DNA of 63,723 nucleotides, counting the filler, from Octopus bimaculoides (Eukaryota): assembly GCF_001194135.2 (NCBI RefSeq). It is 7 parts of 7 records of this genome, joined end to end, with 100 filler letters (N's around TTAATTAATTAA, not from the genome) between each part and the next. Parts side by side here need not be neighbours in the genome. Positions count along the whole stretch, not along the records: positions 20,844 to 29,242 come from NC_069009.1; positions 29,343 to 37,378 come from NC_068983.1; positions 37,479 to 41,795 come from NC_069006.1; 4 more parts are not named here. The stretch is one strand, 5' to 3'. The notes under the pieces are model-generated. The model made no database searches, had not been told where the DNA came from, and saw nothing but the letters and a program-made list of their open reading frames with translations. The translations under genes and the position numbers were made by a program. Every line of letters begins with the position of its first letter. Position 1 is the first letter of the stretch. Positions 25,990-38,628 of this stretch are shown here, piece after piece.

Positions 25990-26455
25990 CATTAAGGCAG
26001 AGAGCTGGCAGAATNNNNNNNNNNNNNNNNNNNNNNNNNNNNNNNNNNNNNNNNNNNNNNNNNNNNNNNNNNNNNNNNNNNNNNNNNNNNNNNNNNNNNN
26101 NNNNNNNNNNNNNNNNNNNNNNNNNNNNNNNNNNNNNNNNNNNNNNNNNNNNNNNNNNNNNNNNNNNNNNNNNNNNNNNNNNNNNNNNNNNNNNNNNNNN
26201 NNNNNNNNNNNNNNNNNNNNNNNNNNNNNNNNNNNNNNNNNNNNNNNNNNNNNNNNNNNNNNNNNNNNNNNNNNNNNNNNNNNNNNNNNNNNNNNNNNNN
26301 NNNNNNNNNNNNNNNNNNNNNNNNNNNNNNNNNNNNNNNNNNNNNNNNNNNNNNNNNNNNNNNNNNNNNNNNNNNNNNNNNNNNNNNNNNNNNNNNNNNN
26401 NNNNNNNNNNNNNNNNNNNNNNNNNNNNNNNNNNNNNNNATTATTATTATTATTA

Positions 26456-27645
26456 TTCAGTAGTTTTATTTTTATAGCGTGCTTTCACTTCACTACCGAG
26501 CGCAGCTCTGTGTGCCTTGGGTATGTGCTGTGGTTTGCTGTGGTGCTCTTATTTTCACTGTATTGAAAGTGTTTTGTGTAGGATGTGTGCAGTGCCCAGT
26601 AGTCCAATTTTCTGTATGTTATATATATTTGTTAGTCCTGGTGTTTTTGTTATGTATTTGTCTGAATATTTTTTTATCGTTCCTAATGCGCCCACTATGA
26701 TAGGAATTGTTTCTATTTTTAGACTCCACATTCGAGTTACCTCTATTTCCAGATCTTTGTATTTTGAAAGTTTCTCCGTTTCTTTTAGAGAAGCATTATC
26801 ATCTGTTGGTATTGATACATGGATTAGAAAGCAATTTTTCTTCGTGATCTGCGACAACTATATCCGGCCTATTGGCTTTAATTTCTTTGTGTGTATTGGC
26901 ATATGCCAGAGTATGGTTGCTTTGTCATTTTCTGAGACCTTTTCTGGATTGTGCCAATACCATCTTTGTTTTATTCCATAGTGTTAGCATAGCTTCCAAT
27001 GTATATAGGTCTCAACTCTATCATATCTGTGAATATATTCCTTCTTAACCAGGACTGAGCAGCCAGAGACAATATGATTTATTGTTTCTTCTCCATCTCC
27101 CCACATTCAGCAGTTACTTGTATTTCTTTTCATTCCGTGTGTTTTGGTAATTTCTCGTGGGGAGGCTTTGGTCTTGCGCTGTAATTAAAAATCCTTCAGT
27201 CTCTGCTTTGAGTCCTGAGCTTCTCAGCCATTGTTGGGATTTTGCTTTGTCTATTTCTTTTCTGCTTAGTTTAACCCAGTATTTGCTATGAAGGGACTTT
27301 TCTTGCCATCGTTTTATCATGATCCGTTGCTGTATTTTGTGATTATTGGCGCTACCTTGTTCATGGCCAGTGTTTCTAGGATCCATGTGTGGGGAATACT
27401 ATCAAAAGCCTTTCGGTAATCCATCCAGACCATACTTAGACCATTCTTCTTTTTGCGGCTGTCTTCAGACATGGCTTTATTGACCAGTAACTGATCTTTA
27501 CAGACAGCTGAGCCCTTGCAGCATTCCTTCTGCTCTTCTGGAAACAGGTTGTTTTCTTTCAGATGCTTGCTCATTCTCTGCGATATTGTTGCAGTAAAGG
27601 CTTTGTAAATTGTAGGGAGACAAATTATCGGTCTGTAATTTCGTG
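26456..27645 (-). mobile_element. R4/Dong-like LINE subfamily A, 5'-truncated and internally deleted
   Basis: NYRPIICLPTIYK...MVWMDYRKAFDSIPHTW joins at ~27335 directly to RWQEKSLHSKY...GLKAETEGFLITAQDQSL; then an eroded CCHC knuckle (ETINHIVSGC), RPDIVV RLE motif and 3' UTR ending in (TAA)n. Confidence 0.92.
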
Positions 27646-27877
27646 GGTTATCATCACCACCACCACCACCATCATCATCGTCGTCATAATTATTATTATT
27701 ATTATTATATTTTAAAAAGGATTGACGTAACTCTTCACGAAGGTAAATAGTCAAGACGAAGAGTGCGATTCGATTGTATAGATGTTTTATTCTTTGAACA
27801 ATATTTCGACAGAACGTCTGTCTTTCTCAAGTTCAAAACAAAAAATGATTGAAAATTCGAAATTGACTATTATTATT

Positions 27878-27949
<72 letters not shown>

Positions 27950-28374
27950 GCGGTGAGCTGGCAGAATCGTTAGCACGTTGGGCAAAATGCTTAGCAGTAT
28001 TTCGTCCGTCCTTGCGTTCTGAGTTCAAATTCCGCCGAAGTCGACTTTGCCTTTCATCCTGTCGGGGTCGATAAATTAAGTACCAGTTACGCACTGGTTT
28101 CGATGTAATCGACTATCTCCCCTCTCCGAACATTTCAGGCTTTTTACCTTGAGTACAAAGGATTATTATTGCATCTGGCGGTCGTGTGGGGTTCCCCAGT
28201 TTCTCAATGAGGACATGCCCGCTTTTAAGGAATTTTTGTTTTTATTGTTTAATTGTTTTGTTAAATTTTTTGTTACTTATTGTACAGACGGCATTGTTCA
28301 ACACCCCACTTGTCCTTCGTGTTGTATTGTCCCTATCTGTTTTGTGTTTGGCCCTTGTGGCCAATAAAAGAAAA

Positions 28375-28378
<4 letters not shown>
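27950..28378 (+). mobile_element. tRNA-derived SINE family 2 (best copy) inside (ATT)n; extra heads at 25994-26014 and 28422-28445
   Basis: A box tggcagaatcgt, B box gagttcaaattcc, tail ...ggcccttgtggccaataaaagaaaata. Confidence 0.88.
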
Positions 28379-28422
<44 letters not shown>

Positions 28423-28703
28423 CTGGCAGAATCGTTAGCACACCGGATAGATCTGAAACTAAACCTCAGAAACAGCAACAGCAACAATAAAAACAAATAG
28501 GAAAACAGGAAGGAANNNNNNNNNNGCCATACCCACCCCTGAACACCTACCAGTAACCATTTCCGTGTAACTGTAAAAAATATCATAGTAACAGCATTCG
28601 GTTACATTTCAATCACACCATTGCCTGTCTTTTTGGATGTCTTTCTGCCAGTCTGCCTGTCTCTCTGACTGTCTGTGTGTCTGTTTATGAATGTATGTAC
28701 GTT

Positions 28704-28736
<33 letters not shown>

Positions 28737-29342
28737 GTTTATCTATCTATCTGTTTGTTTATCAGTCTGTCTGTCTATCTGTCTGTTTGTCTGTTTGTCT
28801 GTCTGTTCGTCCATTTGCATATATCTTCCTTTGTATGTATCACTTACGTCTGTCTGTATGTCTCTTTCTCTCTTACTTTCTCTCTCTTTCTTTCTCTCTC
28901 TCATTCCTTCTCTCTCTCTTCCTCTTCCTCCATCCCTACCTGACTGTCTTTTATCAAATTTTATGTCCGAACACCAGGGTTTCAAATGACACACGTTCGC
29001 GTGACATCCTCTGTTTAATGTCTTCGTTGATAATGCTCTCCTCCACCCATTCCCCCTTTCTTGTGCTCCTCCTCTTCCTCCTCCACCCTCCTTCTGTGCT
29101 TTCGTCTCTATCTTCTTCCATCTTCATCACCATAACTACTACAGCTGCTAATGACGCGACCATCATCATCACCACCAAACTACCACCACCAAACCACTAC
29201 CACGAAACCACCACCACCACCACCACCGCTACTTTTAATACCNNNNNNNNNNNNNNNNNNNNNNNNNNNNNNNNNNNNNNNNNNNNTTAATTAATTAANN
29301 NNNNNNNNNNNNNNNNNNNNNNNNNNNNNNNNNNNNNNNNNN

Positions 29343-29397
<55 letters not shown>

Positions 29398-29409
29398 CTA
29401 TGTATATGT

Positions 29410-29610
29410 TTGTGTGTCTCTGTTTGTCCCCCCAACATCGCTTGACAACCGATGGCGGTGTGTTTACGTCCCCGGATCTTAGTGCTTCGGCAAGAGAGAT
29501 GGATAGAATAGGTACTAGACTTACAAAGAATAAGTCCTGGGTTGATTTCCTCGACTAAATGCGGTGCTCCAGTATGGCCGCAGTCAAATTATTGAAACAA
29601 ATAAAATAAA
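29410..29610 (+). mobile_element. SINE family 1 tail
   Basis: tttgtccccccaacatcgcttgacaaccgatg...gcggtgctccagtatggccgcagtcaaa. Confidence 0.85.
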
Positions 29611-30169
29611 AAATAAAATAAAAATATATATGCATGGACGTATATATTATTGTGCTTTCTAATAAATAAGTTGAGCAGCAAATAACCTGTATTTAGAACT
29701 ATCTGCACAGTATTCCTGATAGTATTATTGTGGGTTGGTAGGCACGAATCAATAGTTTGGGTGTGCCACGGATTACTGATGTTACACACTCCTGTTATCT
29801 AAACTTTTTTACTCATCTCAAAAGTTGTGACAATGCTTTCTGAATATTCGATATATATCGGGGATGGCAGGTGATGGTTCGGCAATTTCTGACCGGAACA
29901 CCTGCATAATTGACATGTTTATAATGATGAAATGTTTACGTTGCATATAATAGGACTCCCTACATGTTATCAATATTGCCTTTTCGGGTGCACTATGTAC
30001 CACATGTCAGATAATGGAGTGATTGTAGAGCAGCATGAAATGAATTGTCTGCTCAAGAAAGACAACGTAACCCGGGGTCGGAGGATCGAACCCACTTCTA
30101 ACTACCAAGACGAGAGGCCTCAATAATAGACCAGTATCGGCTGAAGGATGCACAGGCTGACCAAGGTAC

Positions 30170-30440
30170 TTTCGTGGAAAGGGCTCAAATGAAATACAGT
30201 TTTAAACATAGTTCCTGTTGTAACCTACATAACTCCTCCATCGATATTGCAATGCTTGGACCCCATTGGTAAAACTAGGTAACAGCATCATATATAACGT
30301 CATCATCACTGCGATACTGCAATACAGCCAAGTGATTTTTCATTTGGAGAAACACATGAGTCAGATGGGGTCAATTCAGAAGAATATAGAGGGTTATCAA
30401 CTACTTCAAAGCCACAGTCGCGCAAACCAGCTTCTGGAAC
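30170..30440 (-). mobile_element. Decayed mariner transposase C-terminus
   Basis: LRDCGFEVVDNPLYSSELTPSD resembles the mariner HPPYSPDLAPSD motif. Confidence 0.6.
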
Positions 30441-30597
30441 TAAGTACTTGTTCTCAAGAAACAGATATCCTCTCGTCCGTTTTCCTACGTGTTTCGTCTT
30501 CATAGTTTTTCGTAACTGCTTTGTTGAGTTGTTGTGTATATGTGTGTGCGTGTATGGGAGAATGTGTAAGAGAGACACCGAGATAGTCAGAGAGAGA

Positions 30598-30674
<77 letters not shown>

Positions 30675-32649
30675 AGAGAGATAGAGAAAGAGAATGAAGA
30701 CGAGCAGTTTAAAGGCAGTGAAAGAGTGGGAGAGGTAGAGGAATATTTAATGCATGAGCGAGAGATATAAACAGTATATAAGTTTGTGCACACGTGCATA
30801 GATGTGCGGAGCAGCGGTGTGAGCCATGGGTGGAAGAAGACTTCCCTCTGAATGGCGTGCTTCGTAATCTCTACCACTTGACAGCTTCAATAACTTCTTA
30901 CCAGTTTTATTCCTATAGTTCAAACATAACCTCATAAACGTTGCAATTTTACAAGTTATATATATATATGTATATGCTTATCTACGCATGTACTTACATG
31001 TGTACATGAATGTAAGTATGCGTACATATATGTGTGGGTGTACATGTATCTCTGTGTATGAGTGTATTTATATAGGGGTCATTACCCTTAAGTGCACGAA
31101 GAGAAAAATGGCAGATGAAGCAGAAAACTATTGTATGGTCAATGGCTCAGTTGGAAAACCAGCGAGTTGAGTCAGACGCTCTCTTGATAGAATACAGAGT
31201 TGTGGCCTGTCTTTGTGGAAAGAATTTTGACCCCCATCAAGAACATAATTGCATCCGTAAGTAATCAGGGATCTTTCACTATCCGAATGGCAATGATTAA
31301 TATTGAACATGCTAAGAGCAGGTGACATGTAAGAATAGAATGTATTTATGTAATATATATAAATATATCTCAAAATAGACAGAGTAAGATTGAGAGAAAA
31401 TCACACAGACACTCACGTACGCTCGTGCATATATATATATATATCTATATANNNNNNNNNNNNNNNNNNNNNNNNNNNNNNNNNNNNNNNNNNNNNNNNN
31501 NNNNNNNNNNNNNNNNNNNNNNNNNNNNNNNNNNNNNNNNNNNNNNNNNNNNNNNNNNNNNNNNNNNNNNNNNNNNNNNNNNNNNNNNNNNNNNNNNNNN
31601 NNNNNNNNNNNNNNNNNNNNNNTATATATATATACATATATTTATGATAGAGAAAACTGACTTACAATGAAAGATATAGTGAAATAAATTTGCGTAAGAA
31701 GACATTTCTACATAATTTAGAAACCATATACATTTAGTGTGAGCATTTATGTAACTAAATATCAGCATTAGATTCCATATTCTATTGAAAAAAAAAAAGT
31801 CATACATATACATTTAAACACACTTAGCGAATTTAATTAAATTGCATGGATATTTTAATCAGCTCTGTCACAAGTTATTAAATACGAACATTATTACATT
31901 CAGAAATAGTAACATATATAATTATATACAACACATACAAATATAAAACTATTTGACATGTGTGTGTATGTGTGTGTGTGTGTGTGTGTCTGTTGTGTGT
32001 GTTTGTACGTGTGTACTTGTGTGTGCGCGCGTGTGCGTATATATATGTGTGTGTGTGTGTGTGTGTTCGTGCGTGCCTGTGTGTGTATACAGGTGTTCTG
32101 GATAAATTTACCGATATTGGTCCCTTTTTTCTTCCGGTATGGCTGAACGGATTTGTAAATATTCAACAGCATTAGATTAAAGCTGTATTTGAGATAAAGT
32201 TACCCGGCATGTTGGATTGGATGCCATTGTAATATTGCAAAATACTTACATTTATGATAATGATTCTCGCCGGGTATATATTTAACATCATGACTGCTGT
32301 TCCATGCTCTGTGCCCAGTGTACATGCTGTAAAATTTGACATGGAAAGCTGCAACAGAAGTCACAGAGCTGCGGTCAGTGGTAAAACATATAACAGGCGT
32401 TCTGACTTTGTTCGCACGACGGAATTCATCCAGGCCATAGTGATGAAAAGTTCGACCAATGTATTAACGGATGTGTTTTGGAGTGGAAACTGGATCTGAA
32501 TAGCGTTAAATATACTGTCGGAGCCGGGGTGATCTGTCTCTCAGATGAAATGAAGTTCTGCCAAGAAAAGTTGCACAACAACCACAGCAACAGGTGACGT
32601 AGCTACAATCGATGTTTTGTTTGCAATAGGTTTGATGCAGGACCATAGT

Positions 32650-33700
32650 TGAGGCGACTCGGCACTCCACCGAGCCCAAACGATCAATCGCGCCGCAACT
32701 CTCCTACCATATTCACACACTTCCACCGACCGTATGCCACTCTCTCTCTCACCTACCACCCGTCCTTCCACCCTCTTAAGCATAAACTCACCCACAACAT
32801 TCGCATTCTTCTTTCTTACTCAACTACCGCCCCTATCTTTTCCACACCACCGCTCCTGTCTTTTTAAAAAGTTAGGAATCTTAGAAATCTGCTTGTTAGA
32901 AGTTTCACAGCTCCCAGCTCCGCGCAACCAGTAACCTTTGAATATTCTCGCCGACTAAGTAACACATGCTTCTGCATCAACAATATTGCCACAATCACGG
33001 GGCCCAAAGCGCAATATCATATAACGCACTACTTCTGTTGCACTTCGACGAATCTCATATATTGCATTGTATGCAAACTCCGCAGTGTTCTTTACATTGG
33101 GGAAACAGGGCGCTGCCTTGGGTATCGTTTTGGCGAACACATCAGAAGCATAATGCTTTGTATGCCAAGCCAACCTGTCGCCACCTACTTCAACACTGTG
33201 AATCATTCTATTGCAGATTTATCAGTGTGTGGTATGGCCTTGCACCACGGATCCGCCTTCTCTAGGACACGAAAGCAGCAATGTCTCATATTTGAGCTTG
33301 GCACTATATGCCCAACAAGTATCAATGAACGTTTTTTGCTTACATCCTTTCGCCTCCTCTGAATTCTTTTTTATCCTTTTTAATCCTCCTTCCACACTCT
33401 CTCCGCAACATTCCCGTATTTACTTAACTCGACTCTCTCCATCACCCTTTTCCTTTTTCTTTCTGCACGCCCTGGCCTATAACTTTTGTTTCACGGTAGC
33501 AGCCCAGTGTTATTCTGCGTCCATTACCAGTTGCAGTCAGTTTTTCAAACTGAGAGGATGTAAAGTCTGTTTGAATTTTTTCTCCCTTTCCTCCTTTTTT
33601 TTGGCTGCCCGCTGACGAAGGACTGAATCCGAGAATTGGATATTCCACTCCTCATGGCAAGTTCACTGTACCCCTTTCACTTTTGCCCATATTTTTTCAA
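32650..33700 (+). mobile_element. Penelope-like element 3' part: linker, GIY-YIG endonuclease and pyrimidine-rich tail
   Basis: Stop-free frame 32868-33362: VRNLRNLLVRS...TCFCI...CTSTNLIYCIVC...LYIGETGR.LG.RFGEH...VATYFN...H; YIG codons at 33093-33101. Confidence 0.85.
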
Positions 33701-35796
33701 TTATTGCCGACGCAGAAATGAATTCTTGCCGACTTCAAGTCCATAACTTGAAGTATTTTTCCCCGAGAGTTTCCTCATATTTCAGTGCACTACCTTCCGA
33801 TTTTCTCTGCAAGGAATCAGGCGTCCGCGATGTTTAAATGTCAGATACAAAAACATTTTATGAAAATGAAACCGAAAATAGATATACAAGCTTAGTTGTG
33901 GATTACAGATTGGTATTTCTGAAACATGATATATTTCTGTTAAACATTGCAAATGTAACGCTTTATGATAACTAATTTTGATAAAGACCAGCTTCATGAA
34001 TTAATAACAAAAATGATAAAGACAAACTACTATAGGTTGTTAATACGAAAGTATTTTATTGATATAGAGATAGGAACATCATAATTATTGAATAAACAAT
34101 GCGCTCATGTACCGGATATATATTTAATGAAGTAGGAACTCATAACGACAAAAACTTTTAACTAAGTGCTGCAGCAAAATATATTTTACATGTTAAATAA
34201 TATAAAAGTAATATTCGTATTGTATACAACAAAATGGATATGAAAACATCACATGAAAAACTGCAAAATACAATCTTCTCGGAAGGCAAGACTCTTACTG
34301 CCGGTAGGCGTTTCCAGCTTCTTCGGTGAAATTATATTAAAGTCTTAACAAGCCACTTGTTCAGTTGATTAAAGAACTATTGAAAATATATCGAAACGTT
34401 TTTGCTCGCACAATCGCAGAGTCTACATAAAAGAACACATTGAAATGCATACATAGCATATATNNNNNNNNNNNNNNNNNNNNNNNNNNNNNNNNNNNNN
34501 NNNNNNNNNNNNNNNNNNNNNNNNNNNNNNNNNNNNNNNNNNNNNNNNNNNNNNNNNNNNNNNNNNNNNNNNNNNNNNNNNNNNNNNNNNNNNNNNNNNN
34601 NNNNNNNNNNNNNNNNNNNNNNNNNNNNNNNNNNNNNNNNNNNNNNNNNNNNNNNNNNNNNNNNNNNNNNNNNNNNNNNNNNNNNNNNNNNNNNNNNNNN
34701 NNNNNNNNNNNNNNNNNNNNNNNNNNNNNNNNNNNNNNNNNNNNNNNNNNNNNNNNNNNNNNNNNNNNNNNNNNNNNNNNNNNNNNNNNNNNNNNNNNNN
34801 NNNNNNNNNNNNNNNNNNNNNNNNNNNNNNNNNNNNNNNNNNNNNNNNNNNNNNNNNNNNNNNNNNNNNNNNNNNNNNNNNNNNNNNNNNNNNNNNNNNN
34901 NNNNNNNNNNNNNNNNNNNNNNNNNNNNNNNNNNNNNNNNNNNNNNNNNNNNNNNNNNNNNNNNNNNNNNNNNNNNNNNNNNNNNNNNNNNNNNNNATAT
35001 ATATATATATATATACATACATACATATATATGTGCATCAGTTCTCCGTTTTAGTGTATGTGTGTGTTTGTGTGAATGTATCGTGAGCTCATGTGTTTGA
35101 GCATCTGTGGATTGGGAATTCCTGAATTACCACAATATTGCTAATGAGGTTTAAGTAAAGGATCATGATTACTGAAAGATAATAAAATATAAATTAAACC
35201 GATCATATATAGAGAATTTCTGCTATAGATAGATTCCTCCAATTATAACTATAGACAGATTGATGGAGACGGTAAAAAAATATATAAAAGACATAGCTGC
35301 ATATAATATCTGTAATAGGGAAGTATGCATTTAGATGCTTCGTATTGATGAACTTACTTGTATTGAAGGAAACGCATACACATATAATCTATCGGCACAT
35401 ATTTACATATGTGTGTGTATACACATGTGAATATATATATATATATGGGTGCGTGTGTATATGTTAGTGCACGTGCATCTGTGCGTGCATGTTTCTGTAT
35501 ATGTGCATAGTTGTGCGTGTGTTTGAATGTATTTGTAGTGATATATAAGAATTCATAAAAAGCCTGTGGCGATCACAGTACGCTCCTCTAGTGGACCCGG
35601 GTATCATACTACATAGTAATCATATACGAAGGAGTATAATATAGAATTCTGTGCAGCTGAAATCCAGGACATCGAATCGTTGAACTCATTTCATGAGGAG
35701 TATGCAGAGTATAAAAAATGTCAGGGGTGATGAAAGATGAATATATTTACTTAACCACTTGTTATGACTAGGCTTACGGTCGTTTCATTGTATTAA

Positions 35797-36060
35797 TCAT
35801 GTAATAATAATTTCATTGCATAATAAACTGCTTTACCTGCATGCACCATTATGCTTGATACACACTGTATGGTATGCATGTACAATTCAATGCAGATATA
35901 GAAGCGTAGGTCATTAGATGACCAGAACATCATAGTTAGACCAATGCTTCTATTTCTGCATTAATTTGTAAGCGTACAATTATACTGAGCAATGTACAGC
36001 ATGCATATTGGTGCAGGCATGAAAGAGAATTAATTATTCACTGAAATTATTGTTACATGA
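35797..36060. repeat. Degenerate long inverted repeat (arms 35797-35912 and 35939-36060, 26-nt spacer)
   Basis: Manual alignment: outer segment 28/33 and inner segment 21/24 identical between arms. Confidence 0.85.
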
Positions 36061-36187
36061 TGTAGGCTGGTAAAGGGACATAATACGAAAGATATCAAGT
36101 GCTTAAAGAAATCATATTTACCTCTGCTACCTCCTGTCATTTTATTTTTATTTTATGGCCGATGTATGCATATTTGCATGTGTGCGC

Positions 36188-36221
<34 letters not shown>

Positions 36222-37561
36222 TTGTGTGTGTTTGTAAGCACATGACATTTAGATATGTACATATATACATATATACGCACACACAGATATATGTGTATGT
36301 ACATAAGCAAATAATATTTCGGAACTGAGATTGATTAATTGTTATAGAGATTGCTAGCTAGGTTGATATAGAGATAGAGATAGAAAGGAACGGAGGTGGA
36401 AGAGGGTTAGAATGGTAGTGGGCCCCACTGATTCCATCAAAAGTCGGAAATGTCCAACCTGTCCTTTGTTGATCAATAACTACTAAAATATTTTGATTCT
36501 ACTTACAGGATTTAGGATTGCCGATTTTAATATTACTCATTTGGAAAAGCACTCTTCTAGTACATTCGATATTAGTCAAAGTTTTCCTCACATTTACGAC
36601 AAAGTAGCGTAAAATTAACAACATTTACATTTACGAATGGTAAATGAACGTATATAAATTAATATGGTATACTCAATGTAACGCGCAAGAAAGAGAAGTG
36701 ACATGTAGAACAGATTTTTCGGAATCGTAGCGTGGTTTATGCATGACAAACATTTAGAAATATGATTTCTCATATTTAGATTCAATCTTTGAATCGTACA
36801 TTTAGATTTACCTAATATTTGCTCCGAATTTCATCACAAGGCCAGGAAGTTGAAGAAAGTTGTATGCCGAGTGCATAGACTCAATTCGGGAACTGTTACT
36901 TATTTTAATGCAGCTGAAGCATGACCCCAGTGGCATTTTGACTCAGAATGTCAAGTCGAAATAAGGTGTCGCTGCGCTTTACTTTACATTGTTTGGTAAT
37001 TCCTACTTTTAGTTATGATAAGTCGGAAAGTGGATTACACTTAAAAAAAATATTTGATATTTGAATTTCTGAAACGGGCTGATCGCAACTCTCGGCAATA
37101 GCCATCGTGTAAATCTTATGTAGATTGACCATTTCTTAAAAATAGTTAAACCGACAATTAATCCAGATGAGTTTACATTAACATCAAACTACGTATGTTT
37201 GTGTCATTGTATATATGTGTGAAAGTGTGTGTATTCATGTGCGTGTGTGTGTGTTTGTTTCTGCCTCTGTGCGCGTGTGTGTGTGAACAAATATAGCTAC
37301 ACATATTTCGCTTGAAGAATTATTTTACTCTCGCGAAGTTTCGAATTTCCTATAACAGAATATATATATATATATATANNNNNNNNNNNNNNNNNNNNNN
37401 NNNNNNNNNNNNNNNNNNNNNNTTAATTAATTAANNNNNNNNNNNNNNNNNNNNNNNNNNNNNNNNNNNNNNNNNNNNCCCGTATATATATATATAGGTG
37501 TGTTGATGCAAACTGGAAAAATAGAACTCAATGTAAGAGTATATGTATATTTTTATTAATG

Positions 37562-37655
37562 TTTAGCAGAAGTAACAAAGTGATTCAAGGTCCCAGAGTT
37601 TCGTGCCAACGGACGAAAGTCTCGGACTTTGAATCACTTTGTTACTTCTGGTAAA
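37562..37655. repeat. Near-perfect palindrome: 43-nt arms (39/43 matched), 8-nt loop
   Basis: tttagcagaagtaacaaagtgattcaaggtcccagagtttcgt versus reverse complement tttaccagaagtaacaaagtgattcaaagtccgagactttcgt. Confidence 0.95.
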
Positions 37656-37728
37656 TGTTAAGTATTCATGTTTAGCTATATGTATTCATGTGTGTGTGTG
37701 TCTGTTTATATTCATGTGTGTGTGTGTG

Positions 37729-37769
<41 letters not shown>

Positions 37770-38576
37770 GTGTGTGTGTCTATATGCGTGTGTGTGTGTA
37801 TATATATATATAATGTCTGTATGCATATGTGTGTGCATATATATGTAAGTATATCTTTGAAGTCCCTTCATTTACAATCATTCAGCCATGAGCTACTTTA
37901 AAAAAAATCCCATCCTTATCCAAGCGTTCGTTGTTGTTCTTTCTTTCTTTTTATCATCGTCAATATTTTTATTCATATCTTCTCCAATTCCTTTCTCCTA
38001 GCTATCATCTTTTCCTACTTATCTTCAATGTCAGCCATTGACCCCTTCCCTTATCAACTCTTACTGCCCTTTCTTCCATTCTAGAACTCCTTCTCTGATC
38101 GCAAATATTTTCATTCTTTCCTTCCGTCTCTTTATATTCCATTTTCTTGCCAACATCCTTCACTCTTCTCATCTTTCCTATTCATTTCTTTCTCACTTTC
38201 CTTCGTTCGGTTCTCCTATCTAATTGTCTTTTCCTTTTTGTTATTCTATTTCGATGATACTCATTCTTCAAAATTCATTCACTTCATCGTTTCATCCAAT
38301 CACTGGAGGCCTTTTTCATTCACATATATACAGTATTTTCTTGAATTCTTTATCTAATTTCTTTTATTAATTAGTAAAATTACACCATTTTAACTTCGTC
38401 GCTTCTATCGTCTGCTTTGATCTTCATTCAATTGTCGTTTGTCTCTTCCCACTCTCCCCCTCTCACTCCCTCTCGCTCTCTCTCTTTCACTTCTTTCTAT
38501 TCTCTCGTCCCCCTCCTTCTCTCTGCATATAATGTGTGTGTGGATACGTACGTATGTAATAATGTATGTGTGTGTG

Positions 38577-38628
<52 letters not shown>

